Source: Squalus acanthias (lineage: Eukaryota). Taken from it: 64,000 nucleotides of DNA. The notes beneath the pieces were generated by a model. The model was not told the origin of the DNA and did no database searches. It worked only from the letters and a program-made list of their open reading frames with translations. Position numbers and translations under genes: made by a program. Shown here one piece after another: positions 60,975 through 64,000 of the stretch; within the stretch, counting starts at the first letter, position 1, and each line of letters begins with the position of its first letter. Location of the stretch: NCBI GenBank assembly GCA_030390025.1, contig JASTWF010000363.1, positions 248,001 through 312,000 on the forward strand, in the 5' to 3' direction.

Positions 60975-61103
60975 GTATTTCATGCATGGAGTTTGCAAAG
61001 AAGGAAACAACTGCCGCTATTCCCACGACCTTACAACCAGCAAGCCTTCACTGATTTGCAAATTCTTCCAGAAAGGATGCTGTACTTATGGAGACCGCTG
61101 CAG
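60975..61103 (+). CDS. MKRN1: Makorin-1 exon 2 (129 nt; rest of CCCH finger 1 and most of finger 2)
   Basis: [57 protein letters not shown]; phase 2/2, in frame with exon 1. Confidence 0.95.
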
Positions 61104-61399
61104 GTAAGGACCACCTTACCGTGGCAATGTTAATCCTTATGTAGTCTTGAGCGATATTAAAAGTTTATTTCAGAAATTCTTAAAAGTGAAAGCGTTCTGC
61201 CAATTGATAGCACAGTGATGAAATGTGGCGCTCCAGCATACAATGCCATAGAATGGTACAGGATTATGTGTTCCTGTTCTTATCAAAACATGATGTCTTA
61301 TATTTTTAGCATTTACTTAAATATTTCTCTTGTGCTCAGTGACAAAGACCACTTCCATAATCGAGCCCTTGCTCCCTACCAACTAGATTGCATCTTTAT

Positions 61400-62757
61400 T
61401 TAAGAATATAAGAAATAGGAGCAGGAGTAGGCCATTTGGCCCTTCAAACCTGCTCTGCCATTAAACAAGATCATGGCTGATCTTTTACCTCAATTCCACC
61501 TTCCTGCACTATCCCCATATCCCTTAATTCTCTTCGTTCCCAAAAATTTATCGACCTCTGTCTTGAATATACTCAATGACTGAGCATCCACTGCGCTCTG
61601 GGGTAGAGAATGCCAAAGATTCACAACCCTTTGAGTGAAGAAATTTCTCATCTCAGTCTTAAAATGGTCTACCCCTTATTCTGTGACTGTGACCCCGTGT
61701 TCTAGATTCCCCAGCCAGGGGAAACATTTTCCCAGCATTAACCATGACGAGCACCTTAAGAATTTTATATGTTTCAATTATATCACCTCTCATTCTTCTA
61801 AACGCTAAGGAATATAGACCTAGTCTACTCAATCTCTCCTCATAGGGCAATCCCCTCATTCTAGGAACCAGTCTAGTGAACCTTCGCTGCACTCCCTCTA
61901 AGGCAAGTATGTCTTTCCTTAGGTAAGGAGACCAGAACTGTACACAGTACTCCAGGTGTGGCCTCACCAATGCCCTGTATAATTGCAGTAAGACTTCTTT
62001 ACTCTTATACTCTAATCCCTTTGTAACAAAAGCTAACATACCATTTGCTTTGCTAATTGCTTGCTGTACCTGCATGTTAACTTTCTGTAATTCATGTACA
62101 AGGACACCCAGGTCTCCTGAGTGCAAACATTTCCCAGTCTTTCACCATTCAAAAAATATTCTGCTTTTTTGTTTTTCCTACCAAAGTGGATAACTTCACA
62201 CTTCCATTTGCCATGTTCTTGTCCACTTAGTCAACCTGTCTATATCTCTCTGCAGCCTCTTTGCATCCTCCTCACAGCTTACTTTCCCACCTAACCTTGT
62301 ATCATCAGCAAACTTGGATACGTTATATTCAGACCATTCATCTAAGTCATTAATATAGATTGTAAATAGCTGAGGCCCAAGCACTGATCCTTGCGGTACC
62401 CCGCTAGTTACAGCCTGCCAACCCTAAAAAGTCCCGTTTATTCCTACTCTGTTTTCTGTCCATTAACCAATCCTCAATCCATGCTAATATATTACCCCCC
62501 ATACCATGAGTCCTAATTTTCTGTAATAACCTCTTGTGTAGCACCTTATCGAATGCTTTTTGAAAATTCAAATACATCACATCAACTGGATCCCCCTTAT
62601 CCATCCTACGAGTTACATCTTCAAAAACTCTAACAGATTTGTCAAACACTATTTCCCTTTCATAAAATCATGTTGACTCTGCCTAATATAATTTTCTAAG
62701 TGCCCTGTTACCACGTCCCTAATAATAGATTCTAGCATTTTGCCTACTACTGATGTC
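61400..62757 (-). mobile_element. CR1 RT and 3' end in MKRN1 intron 2
   Basis: ORFs 61659-62126, 62196-62384 and 62404-62649 (FQKAFDKV, KFADDT, RPHLEYCVQFWSP). Confidence 0.92.
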
Positions 62758-64000
62758 ATTATTTGCACAATGTTGGGTAATGTAGCATTGCCTAGAAATT
62801 GAACAGCAACCTTTTTTATTGTAATAGCTTATTGAATTGACTTGAGCACCCTAATGTTCTCCTAGTCTTCAGATAGCTGAAGAATAAAAACTACATCCGA
62901 CTGTATGATTTTAGGTATAAACTATAAATCGGATTTATTATAAATAACAATTAGACTGTAGTGGAAAATCAATACAGCAGATTTCACTTGATTTATAGAA
63001 TGTTTAACTTGCATCTCCTTGGTTATTCCAAAACCACACAATTACTGACACTCATAAACCTTTGTGACATTTCACCTTAACAATGGAGTCTTTTTAGGTA
63101 TTTGTCTCTATTTTGATAAATCTAGAAGAATTGTTGAGTTGACAGGACAACTGCGTAGGATATACCTCCTTACAACCATTCAAATTCAAAATACAAGATA
63201 ACAAAGGGCATCTTCTATAGCAGAATCAAGTTTATCAAAATAAAGCAATAGATCTCTAATGTGAGATAGCAGTCTGTTTTCATTGTCAGGCACTTACCTT
63301 AAATTCATAGATTTCAAGGCGAAGCACGCAATCTGTGCTCAGTGGTTTCTGTTTGCTTTGCAGTGAAAATGTATTTGTATAGGAAATAGTACCATTTGAA
63401 GTGACATTTTGCATACCATAGAATAATGTGTATCCTCTCCACCATGTAGAAAAAAGACACCAGAGACAGCTTGCCGTAATCACAGTTAAAGTGACTGACT
63501 ACATTTCATAAATAAATGGATACAAATGCTTGTAGGGTATATGTAGACTTATATTTGAAATGTGACAACTCTCTTTGTCACAATATGTTCTTAACACAGA
63601 ACATTTTGTAGAATGTTTGGAATTATCTGTTAAGCCAGATAATAGGCTCCAACATTGTGATTATTCAATATACAATTAGAAGCCATATTTGGAGTCTTAA
63701 TGTCCGAAAGGAATTATCATCAGTGGGTTGCATGGCCTTTTCTTATCCTGGCTCTCTTTTAATGTTCTTAGCTGCGATTCTTAATGTAGTTTGTGTATCT
63801 GGAGTCCTGGGTCATTTTTTTTTCAATTTTCCAGTAACTGACACATTGGCAGAATTTGCAGCCCTGGTTCATTGGTCGAGAAATTGAAATAGATTGTCTG
63901 CTAACTATGTTTGGGAGGACAATGAAATCTTTGACAATGTTCTTGTTACTTGATCGTGCATTATAAATAATTGATGTGTGTGGAAGACTCCTTAAATAAA

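Noticed and set aside
63286..63500. Minus-strand frame (MQNVTSNGTISY...EIYEFK) ending at a good AAG|GTAAGT donor
   Set aside because: No recognisable homology, weak acceptor and no partner exon found; compatible with chance.

Overview
Vertebrate genomic DNA, almost certainly from a shark or other chondrichthyan, judging by HE1/V-SINE and Deu-SINE copies and shark-type CR1, L2, Penelope and Harbinger repeats. Most of the window is transposon-derived. The only host gene I can support is the 5' end of makorin-1 (MKRN1, + strand): a CpG-island promoter at ~39.2-39.8 kb, coding exon 1 (39737-39822), a 21.2 kb intron 1 and exon 2 (60975-61103) carrying the CCCH zinc fingers. The upstream 39 kb holds a five-deep nest of retroelements built on an apparently twin-primed CR1, a Penelope element, three decayed PIF/Harbinger elements and one CR1 with an intact ORF2. 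The strongest signals are: (1) the intact CR1 ORF2 has no AUG before its endonuclease domain and overlaps the ORF1 stop in the -1 frame at a canonical U UUA AAC slippery heptamer, which suggests programmed -1 frameshifting; (2) seven minimal hammerhead-ribozyme motifs of two families, including short TSD-flanked palindromic elements that carry a hammerhead on each strand inside MKRN1 intron 1; (3) a perfect 46-bp hairpin inside a Harbinger exon. Repeat boundaries without a stated TSD are approximate. No database searches were run.
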